In this document: in pieces, positions 1-9,733 of the stretch
Layout: every line of letters starts with the position of its first letter
How positions within the stretch are numbered: position 1 is the stretch's first letter
Assembly: GCA_963789955.1 (NCBI GenBank)
Contig: CAWBMV010000001.1
Coordinates: 704,001-768,000, forward strand
Length of the DNA stretch: 64,000 nucleotides
Source of the DNA: an uncultured Candidatus Rokubacteria bacterium
GTDB lineage: Bacteria > Methylomirabilota > Methylomirabilia > Rokubacteriales > CSP1-6
Direction: 5' to 3'
Made by a program: the position numbers and the translations under genes
Notes under the pieces: generated by a model
Database searches by the model: none
Seen by the model: the letters and a program-made list of their open reading frames with translations, nothing else
Told to the model about the DNA's origin: nothing

Positions 1-1732
1 CCGAAGGTCGACGGTGAGGTGATCGAGGTCCAGAACGGCACGGTCACGCTCTGGCTCGGCAGTAAGGACGGCCTGGTCCCCGGCGTCGAGCTTGCCCTCT
101 ACCGCCAGGGTCGCGAGCTCCGTCACCCGAAGACCGGCGAGGTCCTCGGGCCGGACGGAGCAGCAGCTCGGTCGCCTCTCGGTCCAGCAAGTGTCCGAGG
201 CGTATTCGACCGGCACGGCGAGCCAGGGTAGCGAGGTGCAGCCCGGCGATCGAGCGCGGATCTCGGCCGGGAAGGTCAAGCTGAGCCTGGTGCCGCTCGT
301 CGACCCGGGCGTCAGAGAAAATCTGGCCGATGCCGCGATCCACGAGATCATCGACGCCCTCAATCGGACCGGTCGTTTCCAGATCGGCCTGGGCGACGCC
401 ATCGGCGGTGTGGATCAACCAGCAAGGCGTCAAGCGCGACGACGTACTGGCCGGCAAGGGGCTCGATGCTGGCGGCCGAGCGCTTCAAGGTCGACAACCT
501 CCTGATCGTCGCGTTCTCGCGCGTCCAGAACAAGCCGTACATGGACGTCCGGCTGTTCAGCTTCCCCGGGGCGAGCTCGCGCCTGAACACGGCGCTCTTC
601 GTGCCCGCGACGGTGAAGCCGGTGGCCAAGGGCGACTACTCGGCGGCCGGTAAGCAGCGCGACAGCCAGACGCCGAACCAGCAGCGCTCGTTCCTCGCTC
701 GGCTCCTCTACGGGGAGCTCGATGCCGGCACGTATTCGAGCGGTGAGACCGCGATCCCGCTGAAAGAGGTCGCGAAGTTTCCGTTCATCATCGGGTCGAT
801 GGACGTCGCCGTCGGATCGAAGGACCACGTCGCACGCATGGTCATCACCGACGGCACGAGCGTCTGGCTCTACCGGATCACGCCGGAGCGGGTGCTCGAG
901 CCGGAATGGACGTACAAGACCGACAGCCGCGCGCGGGTCTTCAGCGTCCAGCTCGCCGAGCTGTCGAACGACGGCGCCGTGCACGTGCTGGTCAACCGCT
1001 ACAGCGCGATCCCCGCGATTCTCGTCAACTCGCTGATCCTGACGACCAAGGACCAGAAGGCGTTCGTCGCCGCCGAGGACGTGACGGACATCCTCCTTGC
1101 CGTCGACGTGAACGGCGATGGCGTGAAGAAGACGCTCTGGGGCCAGTCGTTCGCCCAGACGGGTTTCTTCAAGCAGGGCGACGCGACCCGGATGGCCCTG
1201 CGGGACGGCAAGCTCGTCTCCGAGGGCAAGGTCGCGGCGTCCCGAGCAACTTCAGGGCGACGGGCGCGACCTACAGCAACATCGCGGGCAAGGGCGTGCG
1301 GGCCCTGGCCTTCATCGACGAGTACAATCGACTGCGGATCGCGATCGACACCAGGATGTGTTCCGGACGTCGGCGCCGGTCGGGGCCGGCATGGGCAAGC
1401 TCGGTGTGGAGACGCAGATCGAGCGGGGCGGCCGGACCTACGTATACGCCCCGGAGCCGATGCCGCTTTCGGTAGATCTGGACGGCGACGGGATCGAAGA
1501 GATCATCGTGCCGCAGAATCAGATCCCTGGTCGGCTGGCCGTGATCTACAAGGGCCCGGCCGGGTACCGCTTCCAGACCGTCAACTCCGGCTTCGAGGGC
1601 ACGGTGATGGCCCTCGGCGCCGTGCCGGGTGAAGGCGGACCTCCGTCGCTGGTCGCCGCGGTGGTTCGCTACACGAACTTCCGCGAGACCGAGGGCGAGA
1701 CGCAGATCATCATGACGACCCCCTCGGAGTGA
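1..1732 (+). CDS. Secreted/envelope protein with FG-GAP/VCBS-like repeats, 5' partial, split by several frameshifts
   Basis: Coding-like segments continue across ORFs 19-231, 92-505, 330-653, 466-1632, 906-1475 and 1358-1732; motifs DVNGDG and DLDGDGIEEIIV; stop TGA at 1730-1732. Confidence 0.6.
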
Positions 1733-1851
1733 CCCCGGCACGCGTCCGTCCGTCAGCCTGATCCCGTTGCGCTTCGCCAGATGATTCCGCGTCACCAGAC
1801 CGCGCTCGCGAGAGCCTGCCCGTCGGCGTGCATCCGCGGATCGGAGCGGCC

Positions 1852-3158
1852 GTGAAGCTCGACACGGCGCCGCCGCGCGGAATGAAGGACGTGCTGCCGC
1901 CCGAGGTGGAGCTCAGGGACCGGGCGTCGGCCACGATCCTCGCCACGTACAAGCGCTATGGGTTCCGGCGCATCGAGACGCCGGCGCTCGAGAACTTGAA
2001 ACTCTTGCTGGGCAGCGGCGGCGGCGAGAACGAGAAGCTGATCTACAAGATCCTGAAGCGCGGCGCGAAGCTCGATACCGCGACGATGCACGGTGAAGAA
2101 GACCTCGCCGACCTCGGGCTGCGCTTCGATCTCACGGTGCCGCTCGCGCGGTACTACGCTCACAATCGGGCGACGTTGCCCGATCCGTTCAAGGCGATCC
2201 AGATCGGCCCGGTGTGGCGAGCCGAGCGGCCCCAGAAGGGCCGGTTCCGCCAGTTCACCCAGTGCGACATCGACGTCCTCGGCGTCGCCTCCGAGATCGC
2301 CGAGATCGAGCTGATCCTGGCCACCTCGCGCGGCGCTGATCGCGCTCGGCCTCGAGCGACCGCGGATCCGCGTGAACGATCGGCGCATCTTATCCGCGAT
2401 GGCCACCCACTGCGGCGTCGACGCGGCCCGCCACGGCGAGTTCTTCATCACCCTGGACAAGCTGGACAAGATCGGGCGTGACGGTGTGGAGCGCGAGCTG
2501 CGCGAGGCCGGCTACGACGACGGCGCGATCGGCAAGCTGTTCGATCTCGCCCTGTCGGCCGAGGACGGACCGGCCGACGCGAGACTCGAGCGTCTGGCGC
2601 GGCTCGTTCCCGCGGCCGCCGACGCCGCCGAGGGCCTGCGCACGATCGTGCGGGCTGTCGCGCGCGAAGCGGGCGATGCTACGACTCTGCAGTTCGACCC
2701 GAGCCTGGTGCGCGGCATGGGCTACTACACGGGTCCGATCTTCGAAGCCCTCTACGGCGCCGGCACGTCGGCGATCGCCGGGGGCGGCCGATACGATCGG
2801 ATGGTCGGTCGATTGCTCGGACACGACGTGCCGGCGTGCGGCTTCTCGATCGGGTTCGAGCGAGTGGTGTCGATCCTCGAGGAGCGAGAGGGGAGCCCGG
2901 GCGCCGAGCGTGACCGGATCGCGTGTCCTCTTCGATCGCGACGATCCGCTGAGCGACGTGGTCGCCTCCGCGAGCCGACTCCGTCAGGGAGAGCGCGTCG
3001 TGTCGCTGACCCTCAAGCGCAAGAACCTGGCGAAGCAGCTCGACGATCTGGCCGGTGAAGGGTTCGGCTCGTACGCCGTGCTGCGGCCTGGGCCCGACGC
3101 GCCGGAGATCAAGCCGCTCGCGCGGCGTGCCTCGAGTGGGGACCGCGCCGATGGCTAG
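1852..3158 (+). CDS. hisS: Histidine--tRNA ligase (frameshifts near 2330 and 2925)
   Basis: [55 protein letters not shown] and GFSIGFER motifs across three frames. Confidence 0.93.
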
Positions 3159-4950
3159 CCTGAGGACTCATACGTGCGGCGAGCTGCGCCGCGAGCATGC
3201 CGGCCTCACGGTCCGGCTCTCGGGCTGGCTCCATCGCAAGCGCGACCACGGGAATCTGCTGTTCCTGGATCTCCGGGATCACTACGGGATCACGCAGTGC
3301 GTGCTCGATAGCTCGAGCCCGCTGTTCAGGACCGCCGAGCCGCTGCGCCTGGAAAGCGTGATCACCGTCGGCGGCCAGATCGTTCCGCGGGCGCCGGCCG
3401 CGGTCAATCCGAAGCTGCCGACGGGGGAGATCGAGCTGTCGGTCGCCGAGCTGGTCGTGCAGTCGTCGGCGGACCCGTTGCCGCTCCAGGTCAACAGCGA
3501 GGCCGACTTTCCCGAGGAGACACGCCTGCGCTACCGGTTCCTCGACCTGCGGCGCGAGAAGCTCCATCGCAACGTCGTGCTGCGCAGCCAGGTCATAGCG
3601 TCCATTCGCCGCCGGATGATCGAGGCCGGGTTCACCGAGTTCCAGACCCCGATTCTCACCTCGAGCTCGCCGGAAGGCGCGCGCGACTATCTGGTGCCGA
3701 GCCGGGTACACCCCGGCAAGTTTTACGCGCTGCCGCAGGCGCCGCAGCAGTTCAAGCAGCTCCTGATGACGGCCGGCTTCGACCGCTACTTCCAGATCGC
3801 GCCGTGCTTCCGCGACGAGGACGGCCGCGCCGATCGCTCGCCCGGAGAGTTCTATCAGCTCGACTTCGAGATGGCCTTCGTCACGCAGGAGGACGTCTTC
3901 GCGACGATCGAGCCGGTGCTCCACGGGGTCTTCGAGGAGTTCGCGGGCGGCGCCGCGGTGACGCCGGCGCCGTTCCCGCGCATCCCGTTCGACGAGGCGA
4001 TGGCGAAGTACGGGAGCGACAAGCCGGATCTGCGCAATCCGATTCTCATCGCCGACGCGACCGACGTCTTCCGCGGCTCGAGCTTCTCGGCGTTCGCGAC
4101 GGCGGTCGCGGCGGGCGCCGTGGTCCGTGCCGTGCCGGCGCCGGGCGCCTCGACGCAGCCGCGGAGCTTCTTCGACAAGCTCGGGCAGTGGGCGCGGGAG
4201 CAGGGGGCTCCGGGTCTCGGGTACGTCGTGCTGGGCGACGGCGGCGCGAAGGGCCCGATCGCCAAGTTTCTCGACGGGGATCGCCTCGGCCGGCTCGTGG
4301 CGGCCACCGGAGTCCGCGACGGCGACGCGGTGTTCTTCGTCTGCGACAAGAAGCCCGTCGCCGAGAAGCTCGCGGGCCGTGTCCGGATTCGCCTCGGCGA
4401 GGAGCTCGGGCTGATCGAGGCCAACGCGTTCCGGTTCTGCTGGGTGACGGACTTCCCGATGTACGAGCTGAACGAGGACACCAAGAAGATCGAGTTCAGC
4501 CACAACCCGTTCTCGATGCCGCAGGGCGGTCTCGAGACCCTGGAGCGGGCCGACCCGCTGACGATCAAGGCCTTTCAGTACGACATCGTCTGCAACGGCG
4601 TCGAGCTGTCGAGCGGGGCGATCCGTAACCATCGCCCGGATATCATGTACAAGGCCTTCGCGATCGCCGGCTACGGGCGCGAAGAGGTCGAAGCACGATT
4701 CGGTGGCATGCTGAACGCGTTCAAGTACGGCGCGCCGCCCCACGGCGGCTCGGCGCCGGGGATCGACCGGATCGTGATGCTCCTCGCCGGTGAGACGAAC
4801 ATCCGCGAGGTCATCGCGTTCCCGATGAACCAGCAGGCTCAGGATCTGCTCATGGGAGCGCCCGGGCCCGTGCCGCCCGAGCGGTTGAAAGAATTGCACC
4901 TCAAGCTCGATTTGCCGAGTGAAGACTCGGGGAAGGGTTCCAGGAGTTGA
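3151..4950 (+). CDS. aspS: Aspartate--tRNA ligase, probably non-discriminating
   Basis: [53 protein letters not shown]. Confidence 0.97.
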   Translation: MASLRTHTCGELRREHAGLTVRLSGWLHRKRDHGNLLFLDLRDHYGITQCVLDSSSPLFRTAEPLRLESVITVGGQIVPRAPAAVNPKLPTGEIELSVAELVVQSSADPLPLQVNSEADFPEETRLRYRFLDLRREKLHRNVVLRSQVIASIRRRMIEAGFTEFQTPILTSSSPEGARDYLVPSRVHPGKFYALPQAPQQFKQLLMTAGFDRYFQIAPCFRDEDGRADRSPGEFYQLDFEMAFVTQEDVFATIEPVLHGVFEEFAGGAAVTPAPFPRIPFDEAMAKYGSDKPDLRNPILIADATDVFRGSSFSAFATAVAAGAVVRAVPAPGASTQPRSFFDKLGQWAREQGAPGLGYVVLGDGGAKGPIAKFLDGDRLGRLVAATGVRDGDAVFFVCDKKPVAEKLAGRVRIRLGEELGLIEANAFRFCWVTDFPMYELNEDTKKIEFSHNPFSMPQGGLETLERADPLTIKAFQYDIVCNGVELSSGAIRNHRPDIMYKAFAIAGYGREEVEARFGGMLNAFKYGAPPHGGSAPGIDRIVMLLAGETNIREVIAFPMNQQAQDLLMGAPGPVPPERLKELHLKLDLPSEDSGKGSRS

Positions 4951-5948
4951 ACGAAACTGCATCGATCACTCGCAGGATCTCACTGGCGCAAGATGTCGAC
5001 CTGCTCCCGCTCCTCGGGCGCAACGACGATCATCTCCGGACCCTGGAGTCAGAGCTGGACATCCGCATCGTTGCCCGCGGCCACGACATCATGCTGAAGG
5101 GCGACGAGCAGCAGGTGAAGAAAGCCGAGCGCGCGCTGGTCCAGCTCGCGGAGCTGGTCCGGGCCGGCACCCCGCTCCGGGCGGGCGAGGTTCGGGCGGC
5201 GCTGCGGATGCTTTCCGACGACGACCAGGCCGATCTCAAGAGCGTGTTCGCCGATGCCATTGCCGTGCCCTCCCGCAAGAAATGGGTCGCGCCCAAGTCG
5301 GTGAACCAGAAGCGGTACGTCGACGCGATCCGCAACCATGACATGGTCTTCGCGATCGGCCCGGCCGGCACCGGCAAGTCGTTCCTGGCGGTCGCCATGG
5401 CCGTGGCCGCGCTCATGAAGCGCGAGGTCGCACGGATCGTCCTGACGCGGCCGGCGGTCGAGGCCGGCGAGCGGCTGGGCTTCCTGCCGGGAGATCTCTA
5501 CGAGAAGGTGCACCCGTACCTGCGGCCGTTGTACGACGCGCTCTACGACATGCTCGAGACGGAGCGGGTGACGAGCTTCATGGAGAAGGGCGCGATCGAG
5601 ATCGCCCCGCTCGCCTATATGCGAGGCCGTACGATGAACGATTCCTTCATCATCCTCGACGAGGCGCAGAACAGCACCGCCGAGCAGATGAAGATGTTCC
5701 TCACGCGGCTCGGCTTCAACTCGAAGATGGTGATCACCGGCGACGTGACGCAGGTCGATCTGCCGGCGTCACGCGGCTCCGGGCTCATCGAGGTGCAGTC
5801 GGTGCTGCGCGGCGTCCCGGGCATCCGGTTCGTCTTCTTCGACGACGGCGACGTGGTCCGGCACCAGCTCGTGTCGGCGATCGTTCGGGCCTACGACGCG
5901 CACGACGCCCGCAAAGGCGAGCGCGGGTCCGCACCCGCGCAACCTTGA
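4947..5948 (+). CDS. phoH: PhoH family ATPase
   Basis: GPAGTGKS Walker [32 protein letters not shown]. Confidence 0.95.
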   Translation: MNETASITRRISLAQDVDLLPLLGRNDDHLRTLESELDIRIVARGHDIMLKGDEQQVKKAERALVQLAELVRAGTPLRAGEVRAALRMLSDDDQADLKSVFADAIAVPSRKKWVAPKSVNQKRYVDAIRNHDMVFAIGPAGTGKSFLAVAMAVAALMKREVARIVLTRPAVEAGERLGFLPGDLYEKVHPYLRPLYDALYDMLETERVTSFMEKGAIEIAPLAYMRGRTMNDSFIILDEAQNSTAEQMKMFLTRLGFNSKMVITGDVTQVDLPASRGSGLIEVQSVLRGVPGIRFVFFDDGDVVRHQLVSAIVRAYDAHDARKGERGSAPAQP

Positions 5949-6565
5949 TGCCAGCAGCAGTCACCAATCGCCAGGACCGCGTGGCGGTGTCTCCGGCGCG
6001 GCTCGCCAGGACCGCCGGTCGCGCTCTGGCCGCCGTGGGCCGCGTGGCGGGAGCCGTCGACGTGCTCGTCGTGGACGATCCGGCGATCAAGCGCCTCAAC
6101 CGGCTGCACCGCGGCGTCGACCGGCGCACGGATGTCCTGGCCTTCCCACTCGAGACGCCTGGGCCGAGCCCACTCGTCGGGCAGATCGTGATCTCGGCCG
6201 AGACGGCCCGACGTCAGGCGCGCCAGGTCGACGTGTCCCTCGCGACCGAGCTCGACTTGCTCGTCACTCACGGCGTGCTCCATCTGGTCGGCTACGACGA
6301 CCGCGATCCGGTCGAGGCGCGCCTGATGCACGAGCGCGAGCGCCAGATCCTCTCGGCCGGCCGCCGCCAGCCGCCGGCGCGCCTCTGGCGCGGCCTCCTG
6401 GACGCGCCGCCTGCGGCGATCTCGCGACAACGGCGCCGGGTCGCGTCCGTCTCAGGCCACCCTCGGTTCAAGCCGGCCTCACGGACCCCGCTACAACGGA
6501 GCCGGGTCGCGTCTGTCTCAGGCCACCCTCGGTTCAAGCCGGCCTCACGGACCCCGCTACAATGA
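5948..6565 (+). CDS. ybeY: rRNA maturation endoribonuclease YbeY with repeat-encoded C-terminal extension
   Basis: RLNRLHRGVDRRTDVLAFP, GQIVIS, HGVLHLVGYDD; conserved phoH-ybeY-era order; last 44 aa are two copies of a 22-aa repeat. Confidence 0.9.
   Translation: MPAAVTNRQDRVAVSPARLARTAGRALAAVGRVAGAVDVLVVDDPAIKRLNRLHRGVDRRTDVLAFPLETPGPSPLVGQIVISAETARRQARQVDVSLATELDLLVTHGVLHLVGYDDRDPVEARLMHERERQILSAGRRQPPARLWRGLLDAPPAAISRQRRRVASVSGHPRFKPASRTPLQRSRVASVSGHPRFKPASRTPLQ
6427..6565 (+). repeat. 2 x 66-bp tandem palindromic repeat; same family as 55003-55329
   Basis: Units start at 6427 and 6493, with a third ACAA at 6559; core CGCGTCYGTCTCAGGCCACCCTCGGTTCAAGCCGGCCTC..CCCCGCTACAA. Confidence 0.95.
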
Positions 6566-7458
6566 CCAACCGCGCCGGGTTCGTCTCGCTCATCGGTCGG
6601 CCCAACGCCGGAAAGTCGACGCTCCTGAACCGGATGGTCGGTGAGAAGCTGTCGATCGTCTCGCCGCGTCCGCAGACGACCCGGAACCGCATCACCGGCA
6701 TCAAGAATCTCCCGGGCGCGCAAGTGGTGTTCGTCGATACGCCGGGGCTCTATCCGGCCGACGGCAAGCTCGGGGCTTTCATGCTGAAGACGGCGCACCG
6801 CGCCGTCGAGGACGTCGACGTGGTCTGCCTGGTCGTGGACGCGTCGACCGGGGACGGTCCCAGCCCGATCGTCCTCGACCCGTTGCGTGCCTACACTGGG
6901 CCGGTCTTCTGCGTGCTGAACAAGATCGACCGCGTCCGCCCCAAGAGCCGGATGCTGCCGCTCATCGAGACGTGGCGCCTGGGCCACCCGTTCGCCGAGA
7001 TCGTCCCCATCTCCGCCACGGAAGGAACCTACTGCGATCGTCTCCTCGAGATGATCATTGGGAAGCTGCCCGAGCATCCGCCGTTCTTTCCGGCTGATGC
7101 GACGAGCGATCAGCCCGAGACCTTCTACGTCGCCGAGATGATCCGCGAGAAGGTCTTCCATCTCACGCACCAAGAGGTCCCGTACGCAGTGGCGGTGCGA
7201 GTCGAGGAGCTGACGGAGCGGGAGAATCCGGCCTGCCTGTACATTCGGGCGACCGTGTTCGTCGAGCAGGAGTCGCAGAAAGGGATCCTCATCGGCAAGC
7301 GGGGCGCCATGTTGAAGCAGATCGGCACGGCGGCCCGCCGCGATCTCGAGTCGTTCTTCGGCATCAAGGTGTTCCTCGAGTCGACCGTGGAAGTGCGCCG
7401 GAACTGGCGGCGCGACGAGTGGGCGCTCCGCGAGTTCGGGTTCATGCTGACGTCCTGA
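6562..7458 (+). CDS. era: GTPase Era
   Basis: GRPNAGKSTLLN, PQTTR, DTPG, NKID, EVPYAVAV, KH domain QKGILIGKRG. Confidence 0.97.
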   Translation: MTNRAGFVSLIGRPNAGKSTLLNRMVGEKLSIVSPRPQTTRNRITGIKNLPGAQVVFVDTPGLYPADGKLGAFMLKTAHRAVEDVDVVCLVVDASTGDGPSPIVLDPLRAYTGPVFCVLNKIDRVRPKSRMLPLIETWRLGHPFAEIVPISATEGTYCDRLLEMIIGKLPEHPPFFPADATSDQPETFYVAEMIREKVFHLTHQEVPYAVAVRVEELTERENPACLYIRATVFVEQESQKGILIGKRGAMLKQIGTAARRDLESFFGIKVFLESTVEVRRNWRRDEWALREFGFMLTS

Positions 7459-8246
7459 TGCTCGGGAAAACCGCCGCGGTCGTGATCGGCTCGTTTCCGC
7501 TGGGCGAGAGCGATCGTCTCGTCACCTTCTATTCGCGCGATTTCGGCAAGATCCGCGGCGTGGCGAAGTCCGCCCGGCGCATGCGCTCGCGGTTCGGCAG
7601 CGCCCTCGAGCTGTGCACGCTCGGCGAGCTCGTCTTCTTCGACGGCGGCCGCAGCGAGCTGGTCCGCATCGATCACTTCGACATCACCCGCCCGTTCGAC
7701 CGGGTGCGCGACGATCTGGATCGGCTGGCCCAGGCGGCGTGGATGGTCGAGTGCGTGGCGCGACTGACCGCCGAGCGCGATCGGCACGTCGCCCTCTTCG
7801 GTCTGCTGGTCCGTGGCCTCCGAGCGCTCGACGGCTCTCGACAGCCGGCGAGAGCGGCGATCGCGTTCGGCGTGCGGTGCATCGACGCGCTCGGCCATCG
7901 GCCGAGGCTCGATGCGTGCGTCGCGTGCGGTCGGGCCTATCCGTTTCCGAGGCCGGCGCTCGGCGACGGCGGCCTGACCTGCGAGAATTGCACGGGCCCG
8001 GGCTCGGACGCGGTGTCGATCGCGCCCGCGACGATCGTCACCTTCGAACGCCTCCGCTCGGTGTCCTGGGAGGAAGCGCTCACGCTCCCGCTCGGCCGGG
8101 CGGAATCGGAGCTTCCCGTGCTCCTGGAGGCGCAGGTGGCGCGCCTGATCGGTCACCCGACGCGCTCGACCAAGTTTCAGCGAGAGGTCCAACGGCTCTC
8201 TCCGGTCTCGGAGAGGCGCGCGGTTGCCGACGAGGCTAGTCTATGA
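7458..8246 (+). CDS. recO: DNA repair protein RecO
   Basis: GESDRLVTFYSRDFGKIRGVAKSARR; CxxC...CxxC zinc finger; follows era with a TGATG overlap. Confidence 0.93.
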   Translation: MLGKTAAVVIGSFPLGESDRLVTFYSRDFGKIRGVAKSARRMRSRFGSALELCTLGELVFFDGGRSELVRIDHFDITRPFDRVRDDLDRLAQAAWMVECVARLTAERDRHVALFGLLVRGLRALDGSRQPARAAIAFGVRCIDALGHRPRLDACVACGRAYPFPRPALGDGGLTCENCTGPGSDAVSIAPATIVTFERLRSVSWEEALTLPLGRAESELPVLLEAQVARLIGHPTRSTKFQREVQRLSPVSERRAVADEASL

Positions 8247-9733
8247 GTATGGGCGCGACGAGCATGGACGTGCTGGTCTCTCTGTCGAAGCGGCGTGGGT
8301 TCGTCTTCCAGTCGAGCGAGATCTACGGCGGGACGGGCTCGTGCTGGGACTACGGTCCGCTGGGCGTCGAGCTCAAGAACAACATCAAGCGCGTGTGGTG
8401 GCGCGACTTCGTCCAGCAGCGGGCCGACATGGTCGGGATCGACGCGTCGATCCTGATGCACCCGACCGTGTGGAAGGCGAGCGGCCACCTGGACCATTTC
8501 ACGGATCCGATGGTCGACTGTCGGGAGTGCAAGCGACGGTTCCGCGCCGACCACGTCGACGCGTTGCCGTGGACTCACTACTGCGCGGCGACCAAGGGCA
8601 ACAAGTTCACGATCCCCGCCGGTGAGGCGTGTGGCCACTGCGGCCTGCGACGAACGCTGTGTCCCGAGTGCGGCAAGGGAGAGCTGACGGCGCCCCGGCA
8701 GTTCAATCTGATGTTCAAGACGTTCATGGGGCCCGTCGAGGAGGACGCGGCGGTCACCTATCTGCGTCCCGAGACCGCCCAGGCGATGTTCGTCAACTTC
8801 GACAACGTGCTGCAGTCGATGCGGCTCAAGCTGCCCTTCGGCATCGCCCAGGCGGGCCGCTCGTTCCGCAACGAGATCACGCCCGGCAACTTCATTTTTC
8901 GCACGCGCGAGTTCGAGCAGATGGAGATCGAGTTCTTCGTCAACCCGAACGATCGTGTCGACGGTCGCCCGGCCGACGAATACTGGCACGACCGGTGGAT
9001 CGAGGACTGCATGGCGTGGTTCCTGCGCTACGGCCTCGCCGCCGACAATCTACGCCTGCGCGAGCACGAAAAGGACGAGCTGGCGCACTACGCCAAGCGC
9101 ACGGTCGACATCGAGTACAAGTTCCCGATCGGCTGGAGCGAGCTGATGGGCATCGCCAACCGGACCGATTTCGATCTCAAGCAGCACTCGAAGTGGAGCG
9201 GCAAGTCGCTCACGTACTTCGACGAGGAGCGCAAGGAGCACGTCGTGCCATTCGTCGTCGAGCCGGCCGCCGGCGTGGATCGCGCGCTCCTCGCCTTCAT
9301 GGCCGATGCCTATCGCGAGGAAGAAGTGCGGGGCGAGAAGCGCGTCGTGCTCAAGCTCCACCCGGAGCTGGCGCCGATCAAGGTCGCGGTGTTGCCGCTT
9401 CTCAAGAAGCGCGATGACATCGTTCGTACCGCGCACGCGATTCGTGCCGACCTCGCCAAGCAGTGGCGCGTTGTCTACGACGACACGGCGGCCATCGGGC
9501 GGCTCTATCGACGCCAGGACGAGGTCGGTACGCCCTACTGCGTGACGGTGGACGTTCAGACCGTCGGGGACAGCGAGCGCGGAGAAACCGGCGATCAGCG
9601 TGTGACGATTCGGGAGCGGAACTCGATGGAGCAGGTGAGGGTCCCGATCGTGGAGCTCGCTGCTCGTGATCCGCGAGCTTCTCGACGGCGCGCCCTGGCC
9701 GCAGGTCTCGGGGCGCTACCCGTCGCCGCGTAG
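8243..9733 (+). CDS. glyQS: Glycine--tRNA ligase, homodimeric (alpha2) type; probable frameshift near the 3' end
   Basis: KRRGFVFQSSEIYGG, YLRPETAQ, FRNEITPGNFIFRTREFEQMEIE, YRRQDEVGTPYCVTVD. Confidence 0.95.
   Translation: MSMGATSMDVLVSLSKRRGFVFQSSEIYGGTGSCWDYGPLGVELKNNIKRVWWRDFVQQRADMVGIDASILMHPTVWKASGHLDHFTDPMVDCRECKRRFRADHVDALPWTHYCAATKGNKFTIPAGEACGHCGLRRTLCPECGKGELTAPRQFNLMFKTFMGPVEEDAAVTYLRPETAQAMFVNFDNVLQSMRLKLPFGIAQAGRSFRNEITPGNFIFRTREFEQMEIEFFVNPNDRVDGRPADEYWHDRWIEDCMAWFLRYGLAADNLRLREHEKDELAHYAKRTVDIEYKFPIGWSELMGIANRTDFDLKQHSKWSGKSLTYFDEERKEHVVPFVVEPAAGVDRALLAFMADAYREEEVRGEKRVVLKLHPELAPIKVAVLPLLKKRDDIVRTAHAIRADLAKQWRVVYDDTAAIGRLYRRQDEVGTPYCVTVDVQTVGDSERGETGDQRVTIRERNSMEQVRVPIVELAARDPRASRRRALAAGLGALPVAA

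Noticed and set aside
1733..1851. T-box or other leader upstream of hisS (also checked tyrS and ileS)
   Set aside because: No T-box consensus or terminator, and the intergenic gaps are too short.
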